Of a DNA stretch of 64,000 nt, positions 63,218 to 64,000 are shown one piece after another. The DNA lies in assembly GCA_964016885.1 (NCBI GenBank), contig OZ024752.1, forward strand, positions 12,090,001 through 12,154,000. The letters are read 5' to 3'. Source of the DNA: Eledone cirrhosa (Eukaryota). The notes under the pieces were generated by a model. That model was not told where the DNA came from. It did not search any database and worked only from the letters and a program-made list of their open reading frames with translations. The stretch's first letter is position 1; every line of letters begins with the position of its first letter. Made by a program: the position numbers and the translations under genes.

Positions 63218-63664
63218 AAATAAAATAAATAAGTCAAATGTTTAAAATTTAGCTTCGTTTACTACTGCTATCTATATTTTGGTGACAGCCATCTTTGGTT
63301 GTGACCTCTTCAGGCAGTCCGAATTAGTATGGTATAGACAAGTACATATGTTGTTGAGGTGTATAATTTTGTCAATACTCTGATATGCCCAGTTCCAGGT
63401 CGGGTTGTTATTTCACTGAGGAACTGGAATCATAGATGGATATGATTCCAGTTCCTCAGAGAAATAACAACCCAACCAGGAACTGGACATATCAGAGTAT
63501 TGACAAAATTATACACCTCAACAACATATGTACTTGTCTATACCACACTAATTCGGACTGCCTGAAGAGGTTACAACCAAAGATGGCTGTCACCAAAATA
63601 TAGATAGCAGTAGTAAACGAAGCTAAATTTTAAACATTTGACTTATTTATTTTATTTTATTTTA
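63211..63664. repeat. 224-bp-arm diverged palindrome with a degenerate hammerhead in each arm
   Basis: Arms 63211-63434 and 63441-63664, loop gatgga, several substitutions; motifs at 63264-63318 (-) and 63557-63611 (+). Confidence 0.9.
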
Positions 63665-64000
63665 CATTACTCCGGAGTAACCAAACCAACCTGCGCACTT
63701 CGTCGAGTGCTCCAATCTGCATACTGAGGTGTTGGTATACAACCAACATATACTCAAAATATATATATATATATCATTTTCTTTATTCTTGTAGAAAACA
63801 AAATCATATGAGGAGGCTAAACAGGAATTAGATCGAGAGAATGCTGGCATTGCTTTTGTCCGTGACGTAAGTAATTATTACAGAATTGAGAGTATTCCTT
63901 GTTGATAATCTTTTTGAATCTATCTGTAATATATAATAATAAACCAACAACTGTTTATTCATGTAATGTATGACTGGGGTATAAGATTTCAAAAGATTAC

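Overview
A very AT-rich, microsatellite-saturated animal genomic window. The tRNA-derived SINE families, (TA)n load and LINE/Penelope mix suggest a cephalopod (octopus-like), which is inferred, not proven. Only one host gene is supportable: a minus-strand GT11 alpha-1,2-fucosyltransferase-like gene (main exon 37666-39182) with a 54-bp coding VNTR in its stem and a probable small upstream exon near 44.1-44.2 kb. The rest is mobile DNA: two near-full-length decayed L1/Tx1-like LINEs, two decayed Penelope-like elements (PLEs) plus many PLE 3'-end fragments, hAT, Tc1/mariner, Helitron, RTE and CRE remnants and about 18 SINE copies. The most striking unannotated signal is RNA structure. By eye I count 14 type I hammerhead ribozyme (HHR) motifs with intact CUGANGA/GAAA cores plus more than a dozen variant or degenerate ones. 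These include a retrozyme-like 349-nt unit bounded by two identical complete HHRs, a covarying HHR variant with a 2-nt insertion after the cleavage site, and a family fixed for a CAGAAGA core. There is also a series of fold-back palindromes, several of which carry or pivot on HHR hairpins. All coordinates were read manually and may be off by a few bases.
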